Shown here in pieces: positions 19,129 to 28,430 of a DNA stretch of 64,000 bases. Below the pieces are notes generated by a model, which made no database searches, had not been told where the DNA came from, and worked only from the letters and a program-made list of their open reading frames with translations. The stretch comes from Bacteroidales bacterium (GTDB lineage: Bacteria; Bacteroidota; Bacteroidia; Bacteroidales; WRLA01), in the NCBI GenBank assembly GCA_963662905.2, contig CAXXFD010000004.1, positions 194,172-258,171 of the forward strand, given 5' to 3'. The position numbers and the translations under genes are program-made. Position 1 is the stretch's first letter. Each line of letters begins with the position of its first letter.

Positions 19129-20616
19129 ATGAAGGTTCAAAAACATAAAAGCATTGCTGTGTTGATGATAATCAGCCAGATTTTACTAAGCGCATTTGTT
19201 ATCAGCTGGCTGAACAAACAATACAGCGAAGAGAAAAGGCTTTTGAAAAAAGAGCTGATCCGTATCTACGTTGCTTCGCGTGAGCAGGTATTGGATACAG
19301 TACTGATCCGCCAGGTGATTATGCCATCTCTTTCGGAAGACAGCATTACGAAAATGATTGATCCACTGCTGGGAATGACCGGACATAAGGTTTCGGATTC
19401 CATCGAAATGAATTTTTTCATTGACACGCGAGACAAAGATCACCCCCAGGCGCAAATGACCACAATCAGTCTCAATTCTGTACCTGATTCCATCCTGATT
19501 TCGGGATCAAAAGAAAAAGATGAAGCGTTCTTCCGTGGCCTAAATAACATTCTGGTGCGCAGCACAAAACTCTTTATGTTTGAAAGCTCCGATACTCTGG
19601 AAGCCGGTTCTACGCTCAAAGTGGTGCTCCGCGATATGATTGATTCGTCGCTTTTTATGCAGGCATTTGATAAAAAAATCGCCACGGAACAATCTGAGCT
19701 GAGCTATTCATGGGTTCGTATGAAACAAAATGACTCCCTTATTGAAAAGTCCGGGGAATTTTTAATTTATGAGCAGCTGAGCGACAAACTCCCTGCTGTG
19801 CGTCCGGAAAATTATCAGTGGCTTTTAATTGCCGCCATTTGGCCACAGCTTGTTTTTGCTTTGGTCCTTTTGCTCCTTACTGCGCTTTCTTTCTATCTGT
19901 CGTACATCAGCCTCAGGAAACAGGTGGCGCTCAATCACATCCGCAACGACTTTGTGAGCAACCTGACCCATGAGCTCAAGACACCGGTAGCAACGGTTAA
20001 GGTTGCCCTGGAATCCCTGCAGCGTTTTGACATTTTAAAAGACAAGGAGCGCACAGCAGAATATCTCGAAATGTCGTCCAAAGAAATTCAGCGGCTCGAC
20101 AGCCTGATATCCAAGGTACTAAACCATGTTCTACTGGAAGACAATTCCGGCCTGGTCAATCCGGAGCGATTCAAACTCAAAGAACTCACCGAAGAAGTTG
20201 TTGCCCGTTTTGCAGGCAGGACGGAAAACCTACAGGCCAAAATCAGCATCAATATTGAAGCGGGCATCTATTTGAGAGCCGACCGATTATTGTGCCAGGG
20301 CATCATACATAACTTACTGGACAACAGCCTGAAATACAGTGATAAAAACCCGGAAATAGAAATTTCCACACAGATATCCGGCAATAAAATCCTCATGGAA
20401 TTTAGCGACAACGGCCCCGGCATTCCCGAAAAACATTTGGGCAGGATCTTTGAAAAATTTTTCCGGGTACCTGCGTTTAACAAACATAATGTGAAAGGAC
20501 ATGGGCTGGGACTCAGCTATGTGGATCTGGTCATGAAAGCACATAAGGGAAAAGTACAGGTGCGGAACAGAAAACCACATGGCTGTATATTTACACTAGA
20601 ATTTCCGTCAGAATGA
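19129..20616 (+). CDS. Sensor histidine kinase (HisKA + HATPase_c)
   Basis: Two TM segments. H-box SNLTHELKTPVATV. N/G boxes HNLLDNSLKYS, DNGPGIP, GHGLGLSYV. The gene overlaps the downstream regulator by 4 nt. Confidence 0.85.
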   Translation: MKVQKHKSIAVLMIISQILLSAFVISWLNKQYSEEKRLLKKELIRIYVASREQVLDTVLIRQVIMPSLSEDSITKMIDPLLGMTGHKVSDSIEMNFFIDTRDKDHPQAQMTTISLNSVPDSILISGSKEKDEAFFRGLNNILVRSTKLFMFESSDTLEAGSTLKVVLRDMIDSSLFMQAFDKKIATEQSELSYSWVRMKQNDSLIEKSGEFLIYEQLSDKLPAVRPENYQWLLIAAIWPQLVFALVLLLLTALSFYLSYISLRKQVALNHIRNDFVSNLTHELKTPVATVKVALESLQRFDILKDKERTAEYLEMSSKEIQRLDSLISKVLNHVLLEDNSGLVNPERFKLKELTEEVVARFAGRTENLQAKISINIEAGIYLRADRLLCQGIIHNLLDNSLKYSDKNPEIEISTQISGNKILMEFSDNGPGIPEKHLGRIFEKFFRVPAFNKHNVKGHGLGLSYVDLVMKAHKGKVQVRNRKPHGCIFTLEFPSE

Positions 20617-21305
20617 AAAAGCAAAGCATCTACTATATCGAAGACGAGCCATATCTGGGAAAAATTGTGAAAGAAACCCTGGAAAAGGAAGGCTATGAAG
20701 TGATTTGGGAAACTGATGGCGCAAAGGTTTTAAACCGCTTGCACCAATGGAATCCCGATATCTGTGTGCTCGATATTATGCTGCCCAATCTGGATGGATA
20801 CACCCTTTGCAGGGAAATTAAAAAAATGAAACCCGGCCTGCCCGTGATTTTCCTGACCGCAAAAATAGAAACCAGCGATCTGGTCAAAGGTTTTGAAGCC
20901 GGCGGGAATGATTATATGCGCAAGCCATTCAGCATTGAAGAGCTGATGGTTCGCATTGAATATCACGCCAAAAGCAATGCTGGCCAGGTGGAAGAAAAGC
21001 TTGAAAATGAAATACAAATCGGGAAATACCGCCTGAAGCGGGGCTCCTATGAACTCATCACGCCAACAGATCAGATCCGCCTTTCCAACCGCGACATGGA
21101 AGTACTGGACACATTGGCAAGAAACCGGAATCATGTGACCGACCGCAAGGAGCTGCTTATGAAGGTCTGGGGCGATGATTCCTATTTCAATTCACGCACC
21201 CTGGATGTTTATATCCGCAAATTGCGCAAATATTTCCGCGAAGACGCCCGAATTGAGATTGTGACTTTGAAGGGAAAAGGTTATTTGTTTCGGGTGCCGG
21301 AATGA
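20613..21305 (+). CDS. OmpR/PhoB-family response regulator (receiver + winged helix)
   Basis: Receiver motifs YYIEDE ... VLDIMLPNLDGY ... LTAK ... KPF. The C-terminal trans_reg_C-like region reads LSNRDMEVLDTLA ... LDVYIRKLRKYF ... GKGYLF. Confidence 0.9.
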   Translation: MKKQSIYYIEDEPYLGKIVKETLEKEGYEVIWETDGAKVLNRLHQWNPDICVLDIMLPNLDGYTLCREIKKMKPGLPVIFLTAKIETSDLVKGFEAGGNDYMRKPFSIEELMVRIEYHAKSNAGQVEEKLENEIQIGKYRLKRGSYELITPTDQIRLSNRDMEVLDTLARNRNHVTDRKELLMKVWGDDSYFNSRTLDVYIRKLRKYFREDARIEIVTLKGKGYLFRVPE

Positions 21306-21499
21306 GCTGCTGTTTTTGTTGATATCCAATCACAGTGACTAAAGCAGTTGCAAGAAGAGGCAATTTCATCTCCTGAAGAAAGTTTAGAACTATAAAGACC
21401 TGCCGGAAATTCCGTATTGAACCAAATCGGTTAAACACAAAAATTGCCATAATGCACTTTTCCCTGCAAATCATTACCTTCGCAGCAGAATTTCAGACA

Positions 21500-22753
21500 A
21501 TGCAGGCAGAAATAAACAAAAAGAAGATATTTAATGATCCGGTTCATGGATTTATTTCCGTACCCGGAGATTTGATTTTCGATCTGGTCCAGCATCCATA
21601 TTTCCAGCGATTAAGACGCATTAAACAGCTGGGCATGACCCATTTGGTTTATCCGGGCGCATTGCACACGCGCTTTCAGCATGCCCTTGGCGCCATGCAC
21701 CTGATGCGCCGCGCCATCGAAGTACTGAAATTAAAAGGCCAGCAGGTAAGCGATGAAGAAGCGGAAGCGGCCTGCATTGCGATTCTCCTGCACGACATCG
21801 GCCATGGCCCCTTTTCGCATGCACTCGAAAACACCATCATAAAAAATACCTCCCACGAAGAAATCAGCCTGTTGATGATGCAGCGCCTCAATGAAGAATT
21901 TGAAGGCAAACTGCAATTGGCCATTGAGATTTTTAAAGGAGATTATCCAAAACGCTTCCTGCATCAACTGGTGAGCGGACAGCTTGACGTGGACCGTCTC
22001 GATTATCTGAAACGCGACAGTTTTTTCACCGGAGTGTCCGAAGGAGTAATCGGCACCGAGCGCATCATCAGTATGCTGGATGTGCGTGATGACGAACTGG
22101 TGGTAGAAGCCAAAGGCATTTACAGCATCGAAAATTTCCTGGTCTCCCGCCGGATTATGTACTGGCAGGTCTATCTCCACAAAACCTCACTATCTGCAGA
22201 ACACCTGCTGATGCACACCCTCGACCATGCACGAAAGCTCAGCCGGGGCGGGCATGAACTTTTTGCCACACCTGCATTGAGCTGGTTCCTTCAGAAAGAT
22301 CCCGGGTCTTTGGATTTTCATAATAATCCCGAAGTACTGGATCATTTCGCGGCCCTGGACGATTTCGATATTTTCACCGCTTTGAAAGTCTGGTCATCAC
22401 ATACGGATAAGCTTCTGAGCATAATGGCCGGCAAACTGACCAAACGTAAATTGCTCCGCATTGAATTTCTCGGCAAAAAACCCAAAAAAGACCAGCTCCA
22501 ACCGCTGATTCAAAAAGTTCAGGAGTTCTTTGAACTCAATACCGACGAAGCGCAGGAACTGGTCATCAGCGAAAAAATCTCCAACCACACCTACGATCCG
22601 CGCCAGGGCACCATTAAAATCCTGAACAAACGCGGCGAAGTAAGCGAACTCGATCAGGCCTCCGGCGATTTTGATACACGCGCACTGGCACGCAGCCATA
22701 CCAAACATTTTTTGTTGTATCCGAAGGAGATTGGACGGTTTGAGATGGATTAG
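21500..22753 (+). CDS. HD-domain phosphohydrolase (dGTPase/SAMHD1-like, COG1078 type)
   Basis: Motifs: FQRLRRIKQLG ... TRFQHALGAMHL ... LLHDIGHGPFSH ... DVDRLDYLKRDSFFTG. A near-consensus -7 box (taccttcg) precedes the ATG at 21500, so I prefer that start over 21452. Confidence 0.8.
   Translation: MQAEINKKKIFNDPVHGFISVPGDLIFDLVQHPYFQRLRRIKQLGMTHLVYPGALHTRFQHALGAMHLMRRAIEVLKLKGQQVSDEEAEAACIAILLHDIGHGPFSHALENTIIKNTSHEEISLLMMQRLNEEFEGKLQLAIEIFKGDYPKRFLHQLVSGQLDVDRLDYLKRDSFFTGVSEGVIGTERIISMLDVRDDELVVEAKGIYSIENFLVSRRIMYWQVYLHKTSLSAEHLLMHTLDHARKLSRGGHELFATPALSWFLQKDPGSLDFHNNPEVLDHFAALDDFDIFTALKVWSSHTDKLLSIMAGKLTKRKLLRIEFLGKKPKKDQLQPLIQKVQEFFELNTDEAQELVISEKISNHTYDPRQGTIKILNKRGEVSELDQASGDFDTRALARSHTKHFLLYPKEIGRFEMD
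22651..22697 (+). repeat. Direct repeat copy 1 (inside the 3' end of the HD gene)
   Basis: cgatcaggcctccggcgattttgatacacgcgcactggcacgcagcc recurs at 23388..23434 with one mismatch. Confidence 0.9.
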
Positions 22754-22824
22754 AGACCACTAAAAATCCTTATAATTAACCAATCCATAAAATAAATTCT
22801 AAAGAGTTTTAAACCAATATTAAG

Positions 22825-22832
22825 TAGCTTTG
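22825..22832 (+). promoter_or_regulatory. Bacteroidota -7 promoter box (TAnnTTTG) for the TA pair
   Basis: tagctttg lies 17 nt upstream of the ATG at 22849. Confidence 0.4.
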
Positions 22833-22848
22833 CATAAAACAATATCCC

Positions 22849-23082
22849 ATGAATATTCAAGCGGAAAAATTAGACTTAATTGAGTGGATATCAAAAATAA
22901 ATGACAGTTCACTCATTAGCAAACTAAGACAAATAAAAGAAGATTATTCCCAATCGAAAGACTGGTGGGAATGCCTGAAAAAAGAAGAAATAGATTCCAT
23001 AAACCGAGGTTTAAAAGACTTTGAAGAAGGCAGGATTCATTCGCACGAAACAGCACGTAAGGTTTATGAAAAATACTTATAG
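22849..23082 (+). CDS. Putative antitoxin of a type II TA pair
   Basis: A 77-aa acidic/helical protein placed immediately upstream of a RelE/ParE-like ORF and overlapping it by 17 nt. No family was recognised from the sequence alone. Confidence 0.55.
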   Translation: MNIQAEKLDLIEWISKINDSSLISKLRQIKEDYSQSKDWWECLKKEEIDSINRGLKDFEEGRIHSHETARKVYEKYL

Positions 23083-23371
23083 ACTGATTTGGTCTGATGA
23101 AGCGCTAAATAATTTGAAGGAAATTATTAATTATCTCGAGAACAATTGGACAAAAAGGGAAATCAAAAAATTTGCTCAACTTTTGGATAAACAGCTTAGT
23201 CTGGTTGAGAAGAACCCCTTCCTTTTTGCCATAAGTGATAAATCTAATGGGCTCAGGAAATCGGTTCTTTCAAAACAAACCACAATTTATTACCGAATTA
23301 CTGAGCGTGAAATTAGGATTATAACATTGTTCGACAACAGGCAAAACCCTAACAAACTGCTAAACAAATAG
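23066..23371 (+). CDS. Type II toxin, RelE/ParE family
   Basis: The ATG at 23066 gives a 101-aa protein: MKNTYRLIWSDEALNNLKEIINYL ... KSVLSKQTTIYYRITEREIRIITLFDNRQNP. This is the typical ParE/RelE layout in Bacteroidota. The track start at 23021 is an upstream extension. Confidence 0.75.
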   Translation: MKNTYRLIWSDEALNNLKEIINYLENNWTKREIKKFAQLLDKQLSLVEKNPFLFAISDKSNGLRKSVLSKQTTIYYRITEREIRIITLFDNRQNPNKLLNK

Positions 23372-23387
23372 CAAGAAATTAATATCC

Positions 23388-23434
23388 CGATCAGGCCTCC
23401 GGCGATTTTGATACACGCGCACCGGCACGCAGCC
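23388..23434 (+). repeat. Direct repeat copy 2 of the HD gene 3' segment
   Basis: Matches 22651..22697 at 46/47 positions (t to c at the 35th base). Confidence 0.9.
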
Positions 23435-23501
23435 CTGCTTTTTTTATTCTAAACCACTCATTAGCAATGAATTACATTATACGCTTCGCATGCGCATATG
23501 T

Positions 23502-25160
23502 TCAATCATGAAAAATCAAAAAAGGTCCCGGCTTACTGTACTCCACCGCCTGCGTGGTATCCGAATTCTTGCAGCCCTGTACATCCGTAACCTCCACAAT
23601 TACGCTCAGCGTAGTGTCCGCATAAAAGCTGGTGTCTGTTGAGCCGTTTTGCCAGAGGTAGGATTGAAAATCCCCCGGCCAGAGGTTTGCGCCATAGCCT
23701 TCGCAAAAACCGGTATCGGTTGGCAGGAGCGGAACAGGCAAAGGATGGATAAGGATTTCCTGCACTGTGGTGTCGTTCAGGCTGTTGTTATAGCCAATTA
23801 CACTGACCTGATAAGCTCCGGTATCTTCATAAATATGATAAGGAAAAAAGGAATCCGAATAATTGGCCAAACCGCTGGCCGGATCGCCAAAATCCCAGAA
23901 AACAGAATCCTGGGAGGCAGTATCTGTAATGGCAAAGAAGGTGGTGTCCCCAATACAATGGCCTTCCCATGTGAAATTTGCAGGGTTGAAAAAGGATTGG
24001 ATGAAGGCGGGGAGGCCGAGGCGGCTTAGGTGTGTATTTGAACCATCATCCAAATAAACGGCGGTGTCTATGAAATTACATGCCATACCGAGGGAATCCG
24101 GAAATTCGATCAAACTGAGATATGGACAAGAATTCCGGGAAACATACATGCGCATGTCCGGTCCCATTTGCAGGGCGCCAAAATACCTGGTTGTACCCGG
24201 AATGTCAGCAATTTCAACTACAGAATTGACAATGCTTGTTGAGTCCCCGCTGCTTAAATCATATTGGTATATTTTGTTCCCCAAAGGCATATGATAGTTA
24301 AAGGAAGCCACATAAAGTATTTGCCCATTAGGTGAAAATTCGATTCCATAGGGAAAATAAACAGGGTCAATATACAAACTGACCGGATTGCTTGCTGTTC
24401 CTTGGGCATTGTCAAAATCAAAAAGCTGAACGAATTGCCCTTCATTCGCTACCATGGCCAATTTATCACCCTGAACGGAAGTTTTCATATATCCGCCCAC
24501 ATTAGTTCCCGGGCCTGTGTTGATTGCCCCAGCTGAACTGCTTACCGGAAGGCTATGCAAAGAATCAGAATCTACCAAAAAAGCATCAAAAGTATTGGTA
24601 TTCCATAAATGCGTAATAACCCAAATGGAGGAATTGTTTGCATGGGCAACAGCCGTGACCATTTCCTGTACCGGCCCGGCAAGGAAAATATTTTTTTCTG
24701 CTGTGATATTGCCTAAACCATTATCAAGGTGCATATTAACAACTGAATAGCATAAACCGATGGGGTCGATAAGAAATGGTGCGGTAAAAAGATAAAAGAT
24801 ACTATCGTTCCCGGGAGCAGGGACAATAATGGCCGACATAGTAGCAGATGGGTTCCCATTCAGGTTTTGCCCGTTGGGCATGGTATCATGAGCCGCATTC
24901 CAAACCGTTAATCCATCGGTATAAAACAAAAGGTTCCCTTCTTTATCTGAAATACTGGCACAACCTTCCCATTGGTTGATTTGCCCATCAAAAACTGCTT
25001 GAGGACTACCATCAGGTGTGTTGAAGGTAATACCGGCATGATGCCCAAAATACCAGTTATTGGCCTGTTTGTTTTGGGCAAGTAGCACAAAAGGCAACAA
25101 AAGGCAGGATATTATGAAAATTATTTGGCGCAAATGTTTTTGTTTTGGATTCCAATACAA
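23502..25160 (-). CDS. Secreted beta-propeller/Ig-like protein with the N-terminus typical of T9SS type-B cargo; no C-terminal sorting domain visible (possibly truncated)
   Basis: Signal peptide, then QNKQANNWYFGHHAGITFN, the usual opening of gliding-motility-type C-terminal-domain proteins. The ORF ends ...VEYSKPGPFLIFHD straight after an Ig-like module, with no recognisable CTD. Confidence 0.5.
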   Translation of the reverse strand: MYWNPKQKHLRQIIFIISCLLLPFVLLAQNKQANNWYFGHHAGITFNTPDGSPQAVFDGQINQWEGCASISDKEGNLLFYTDGLTVWNAAHDTMPNGQNLNGNPSATMSAIIVPAPGNDSIFYLFTAPFLIDPIGLCYSVVNMHLDNGLGNITAEKNIFLAGPVQEMVTAVAHANNSSIWVITHLWNTNTFDAFLVDSDSLHSLPVSSSAGAINTGPGTNVGGYMKTSVQGDKLAMVANEGQFVQLFDFDNAQGTASNPVSLYIDPVYFPYGIEFSPNGQILYVASFNYHMPLGNKIYQYDLSSGDSTSIVNSVVEIADIPGTTRYFGALQMGPDMRMYVSRNSCPYLSLIEFPDSLGMACNFIDTAVYLDDGSNTHLSRLGLPAFIQSFFNPANFTWEGHCIGDTTFFAITDTASQDSVFWDFGDPASGLANYSDSFFPYHIYEDTGAYQVSVIGYNNSLNDTTVQEILIHPLPVPLLPTDTGFCEGYGANLWPGDFQSYLWQNGSTDTSFYADTTLSVIVEVTDVQGCKNSDTTQAVEYSKPGPFLIFHD

Positions 25161-25289
25161 ATATAGTACGTTTTATTTATGAGAAAAATTAAATTTTTGA
25201 GGTGACCAAATAAACTCTTATATTGTTGTCCAAACTTTGACTAAAAATTAATCAAAATGGAATTTTGAGGAGAGAATATCATAGAATTT

Positions 25290-25451
25290 ATGGATAAGTT
25301 TCCTGACGACTTGTCCTGCCAGTCCTATCTTGCTGATATTAAATGACCTGAAGGGTTTACATGCAAAAAATGTGGCCACCAGAAATTTACTGTTAGAAAA
25401 AAGAACCTGGCCAGAGACTGTAACAAGTGTCACCACGTTGAGAGCCCAACT
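25290..25451 (+). pseudogene. IS1595-family transposase remnant, fragment 1 (zinc-ribbon N-terminus)
   Basis: Hand translation: MDKFPDDLSCQSYLADIK*PEGFTCKKCGHQKFTVRKKNLARDCNKCHHVESPT. An in-frame TGA sits where the family has W. The fragment is cut off by the IS21-family insertion at 25452. Confidence 0.7.
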
Positions 25452-25540
25452 GCATATTCCGGTCATACTGACCCACCAATCCGGTGATATTGACCCGTCT
25501 GATTCGTAAAGTTTTTAAAGAACGCGATTGCCTGACAATA

Positions 25541-26260
25541 TTACCTAATTTTTCTTAAACTATCTCCTTTTAATTCAATTCTGTGGGAAGTGTGTACCAA
25601 ACGATCTAATATTGCATCGGCAATAGTAGCTTCACCAATGATATCGAACCAGCTTGCCACAGGTAGCTGACTGACAATAATTGTTGATTTCCGGGCATGG
25701 CGGTCTTCTATAATCTCCATAAAATCAATTTGTTGCTTTTGTTCCAGCCGTGCCATTCCAAAGTCGTCCAGTATGAGCAGGTCTGTTTTGGCCGTGGTTT
25801 CAAAAAATTTAAAGGCCGTTCCTTCAAGGCGTGCAATTTTAATTTTTTTCAGCAGCTTTTGCATGTTATAGTAGGCTACTTTATATCCCTGCAGGCATGC
25901 CTGGTGCCCCAAAGCCGAGGCCAGGAAGCTTTTCCCGCATCCGGTTGGGCCGGTGACCAATATGGACTGGCCTTTTTGCAGGTAATTGCCCGTGGCCAGA
26001 CTTGCCAGCAGGTCTTTGCCAAGCCCCCGGGCCTGGTCTGTGCTGACTTCCTGCAATGCCGCCTGGTATCGGAAGCGTGCGTTTCTCTGCAGCCGTTCAA
26101 AACGGTTCTGTTCGCGTTGTTGCTTTTCTGCTTCAAGGAGTATTTTCATGCCCTCCCCAAAGCTCAGCTCGTTTAGCCTGCCTGATTCCATCAATGCCTG
26201 CCATGCGGAGGACATCCCGTTTAAGCGCAAGCTTTTAAGTTGTGGTTCTATTTGCATCAT
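25541..26260 (-). CDS. istB: IS21-family helper ATPase IstB
   Basis: Walker A TGPTGCGKSF and Walker B LLILDDFG, 239 aa, directly downstream of istA. Confidence 0.9.
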   Translation of the reverse strand: MMQIEPQLKSLRLNGMSSAWQALMESGRLNELSFGEGMKILLEAEKQQREQNRFERLQRNARFRYQAALQEVSTDQARGLGKDLLASLATGNYLQKGQSILVTGPTGCGKSFLASALGHQACLQGYKVAYYNMQKLLKKIKIARLEGTAFKFFETTAKTDLLILDDFGMARLEQKQQIDFMEIIEDRHARKSTIIVSQLPVASWFDIIGEATIADAILDRLVHTSHRIELKGDSLRKIR

Positions 26261-26264
26261 AATA

Positions 26265-27836
26265 TCAGATATTAAGGGTTAACTGTTGTTGTGTATAATA
26301 ATCTTTGCCCCGTATATTGCCGTGCCTGGGAAGGGCTTTTTGTGGCGCATTGTTTTGTTGGCCAGCAGTTTTGTTTGTGAGTATGTTGGATATAAAGCGG
26401 TAAGTAAACACTTCATTGTCAATTGCCATGCGGCAGGCAGATTCAAAAGCAGCCTTATCGCTTGTACGGCAAAGCCTCAGCAGCCCGTCGCAGCTTTTGT
26501 AGAGCTGTTCTGCATAGCGGTCAGTGCGGCCGAACATCAATATAAAGAGCCTGTGCAGATCCTGGCTGAGTTCCATGGCTCTATCAAGATAGTACTGTGG
26601 GCTGCGCGCAAGGTGGTGTTTGTGGGCGGGGCATAAATGTTCCTTACAGGTAGAGTATCCGCCCTGTTTGTAATTGCGCAGGTGCGCCGCTATAAGCTTT
26701 TGCCCCAAATATATATCCACGGTATTGCGGGTATAGATAACCTTGGCCTGTTGGCCGATATGTTGATAAGGCACACTGTAGTAATGCTTGTCACGGCCAA
26801 GGTAAATGTGGTTGTTTTGTGCCACTTTGAGCGAGCAGTAATATTTTTGCTCATAGGGCTGCCGTGGAAGGGGCGCCAGTTTGTTCTTTTCATCTGCAAG
26901 GAAACGCTCCTGGCGGCACCATGGCTTTTGCTGCATACGGGTCTGGTTGTGCTGTTCTACCTTAGTTGCTATTGCGCCGTTTAGCTCATCAAGGCTAAAA
27001 AACACCTGGTTTCTGAGTTTTGCAAAAACGCGCTGGTAGACCAGTTTTACCTGGTTCTCCACAAGGGCTTTGTCTTTGGGCTTATATGCCCTGGCAGGAA
27101 CTACGGTACAGCCATAGTGGTTGGCAAAATCTTCCATACTGCGGTTGATATCGGGCTCATAGCGGTCTGCCTGGTCAACAGATGCTTTGAGGTTGTCGCT
27201 TACCAGTGCCTGTGGTGCTCCGCCCAGATGTTCCAAACAGCGCCTTAGGGCATAAAGGAAGTCCTGGCTGCTTTGGCTGGGCACTGCAATGGCAAAGCCA
27301 TAATCGGAATAGGGCAGGCAGGCTACAAAAACCTGACAGCTGATCAGCTCGCCTGTCTTTGGGTCGGTATAGCAAATGGTCTTGCCTGTAAAGTCCACAA
27401 AAAGCTTCTCAGCGGGTTTGTGGTGCAAAACCATGGATGGCTTTTTAGCCGACAGGTACTGGGAGAGATGGTAGCAGAACTGGGTCTTGCCATATGGCTT
27501 AGCTGTGGTTTCTTTGTATTCCTCCCATAGCAAAAGGCGCGTTACGCCTGTTTTTTGCAATTCCCGGGCATAGTGACCAAGCCTGTCTTTAAGGTACTGG
27601 TAACGTTCATCCTTATAAGCAGGGCTGCCTGCATGGAAGAGCGCTTCCAGTTCAGGGTCTTCGAGCTTTAGCAGCTGAGCGGTGCTCTGGCTAAGCGCAC
27701 CTGCTTTCTTTAAATAGCTCTTTACTGTGTTTTTGCTTATGCCAAGGTTACGGGCAATAGTCCTGTGTTTATTACCCTGCTTGTGCATCCTCAATAATTG
27801 TTTTATCTGACTCATGGGTTTGGGTTTACCGGCCAT
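26265..27836 (-). CDS. istA: IS21-family transposase IstA
   Basis: N-terminal HTH (IARNLGISKNTVKSYL) followed by a DDE core region, 523 aa, in the typical istA-istB arrangement. Confidence 0.9.
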   Translation of the reverse strand: MAGKPKPMSQIKQLLRMHKQGNKHRTIARNLGISKNTVKSYLKKAGALSQSTAQLLKLEDPELEALFHAGSPAYKDERYQYLKDRLGHYARELQKTGVTRLLLWEEYKETTAKPYGKTQFCYHLSQYLSAKKPSMVLHHKPAEKLFVDFTGKTICYTDPKTGELISCQVFVACLPYSDYGFAIAVPSQSSQDFLYALRRCLEHLGGAPQALVSDNLKASVDQADRYEPDINRSMEDFANHYGCTVVPARAYKPKDKALVENQVKLVYQRVFAKLRNQVFFSLDELNGAIATKVEQHNQTRMQQKPWCRQERFLADEKNKLAPLPRQPYEQKYYCSLKVAQNNHIYLGRDKHYYSVPYQHIGQQAKVIYTRNTVDIYLGQKLIAAHLRNYKQGGYSTCKEHLCPAHKHHLARSPQYYLDRAMELSQDLHRLFILMFGRTDRYAEQLYKSCDGLLRLCRTSDKAAFESACRMAIDNEVFTYRFISNILTNKTAGQQNNAPQKALPRHGNIRGKDYYTQQQLTLNI

Positions 27837-27899
27837 CGCATTCTTTGTGTTGGTTATAGCTGGCTAATACCGAAACTTCACGAAAAAGTGACAAAAAAA

Positions 27900-28170
27900 G
27901 GTCAATATACTCCGGAATTATATTGTGCCCCTCTCTAAAGTGGGTCAACATGCTCCGGAATTCAGCCAGCGCTCCACTGAAAGTGGGTCAACATGCTCCG
28001 GTTTTCTCCATCCTTGTCTCATGAAAAAGGGTCAACATGCTCCGGATTTGGTTGCTTGAAGTGCCTTCTCCCGTTTTAGGGGGGTCAGTATCCGCCGGAT
28101 TGGCAGTCTTTGATGGCTTTTTATTGCTGTTTATTTCAGCCGGTCGGGTGGGTCAGCTTAGTCCGGAATA
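27900..28170. repeat. Array of six subterminal repeats at the istA-proximal IS21 end (presumed transposase binding sites)
   Basis: The motif ggtca(a/g)NNtNNtccgg(a) starts at 27900, 27942, 27985, 28029, 28082 and 28149. Three copies are identical (gggtcaacatgctccgg). Two inverted copies lie at the other end (25467..25497). Confidence 0.7.
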
Positions 28171-28174
28171 TCCA

Positions 28175-28430
28175 CCCAACAGAAGGAACTTTGTTTCACA
28201 GGGTTCGTTTTGGCTTGCGCAAGGCATTCGGCATTGCTTTTTGAGATGAGCGCAACCATAAAAGGACTTTCGGTCACACAAGTTTCCAAACGCTATCAAA
28301 TTGGCCATACCACTGCATGTACATTTATGCACAAAGTACGTACAGCCATGAAAAGCACAAAAACCATCCAATTGAAGGCGATGCACAGGTAGATGGGTTT
28401 GTGTTTGGAGGGAAAGAGAATCTAAAGCTA
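28175..28430 (+). pseudogene. IS1595-family transposase remnant, fragment 2
   Basis: Continues fragment 1 in frame across the removed IS21 (..SPT|EGTLFHRVRFGLRKAFGIAF*). It needs two frameshifts to read ..MSATIKGLSVTQVSKRYQIGHTTACTFMHKVRTAMK.. and then ..GDAQVDGFVFGGKENLK. Confidence 0.65.

Larger units (their letters stand above)
25452..28174 (-). mobile_element. IS21-family insertion sequence (2723 bp), apparently intact
   Basis: Terminal inverted repeats: tgcatattccggtcatactgacccacc (left) and the reverse complement of the right end, tggatattccggactaagctgacccacc. A 6-bp direct repeat cccaac flanks the element at 25446..25451 and 28175..28180. It carries istA and istB. Confidence 0.85.

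Noticed and set aside
25248-25466. 72-aa minus-strand ORF
   Set aside because: It is antisense to the recognisable IS1595 zinc-ribbon fragment (CKKCGH...CNKC) on the plus strand.
28037-28392. Three 60-77-aa ORFs (28037..28249 +, 28153..28386 -, 28210..28392 +)
   Set aside because: They fall in the IS21 terminal repeat region or are frame fragments of the decayed IS1595 gene. They are not independent genes.
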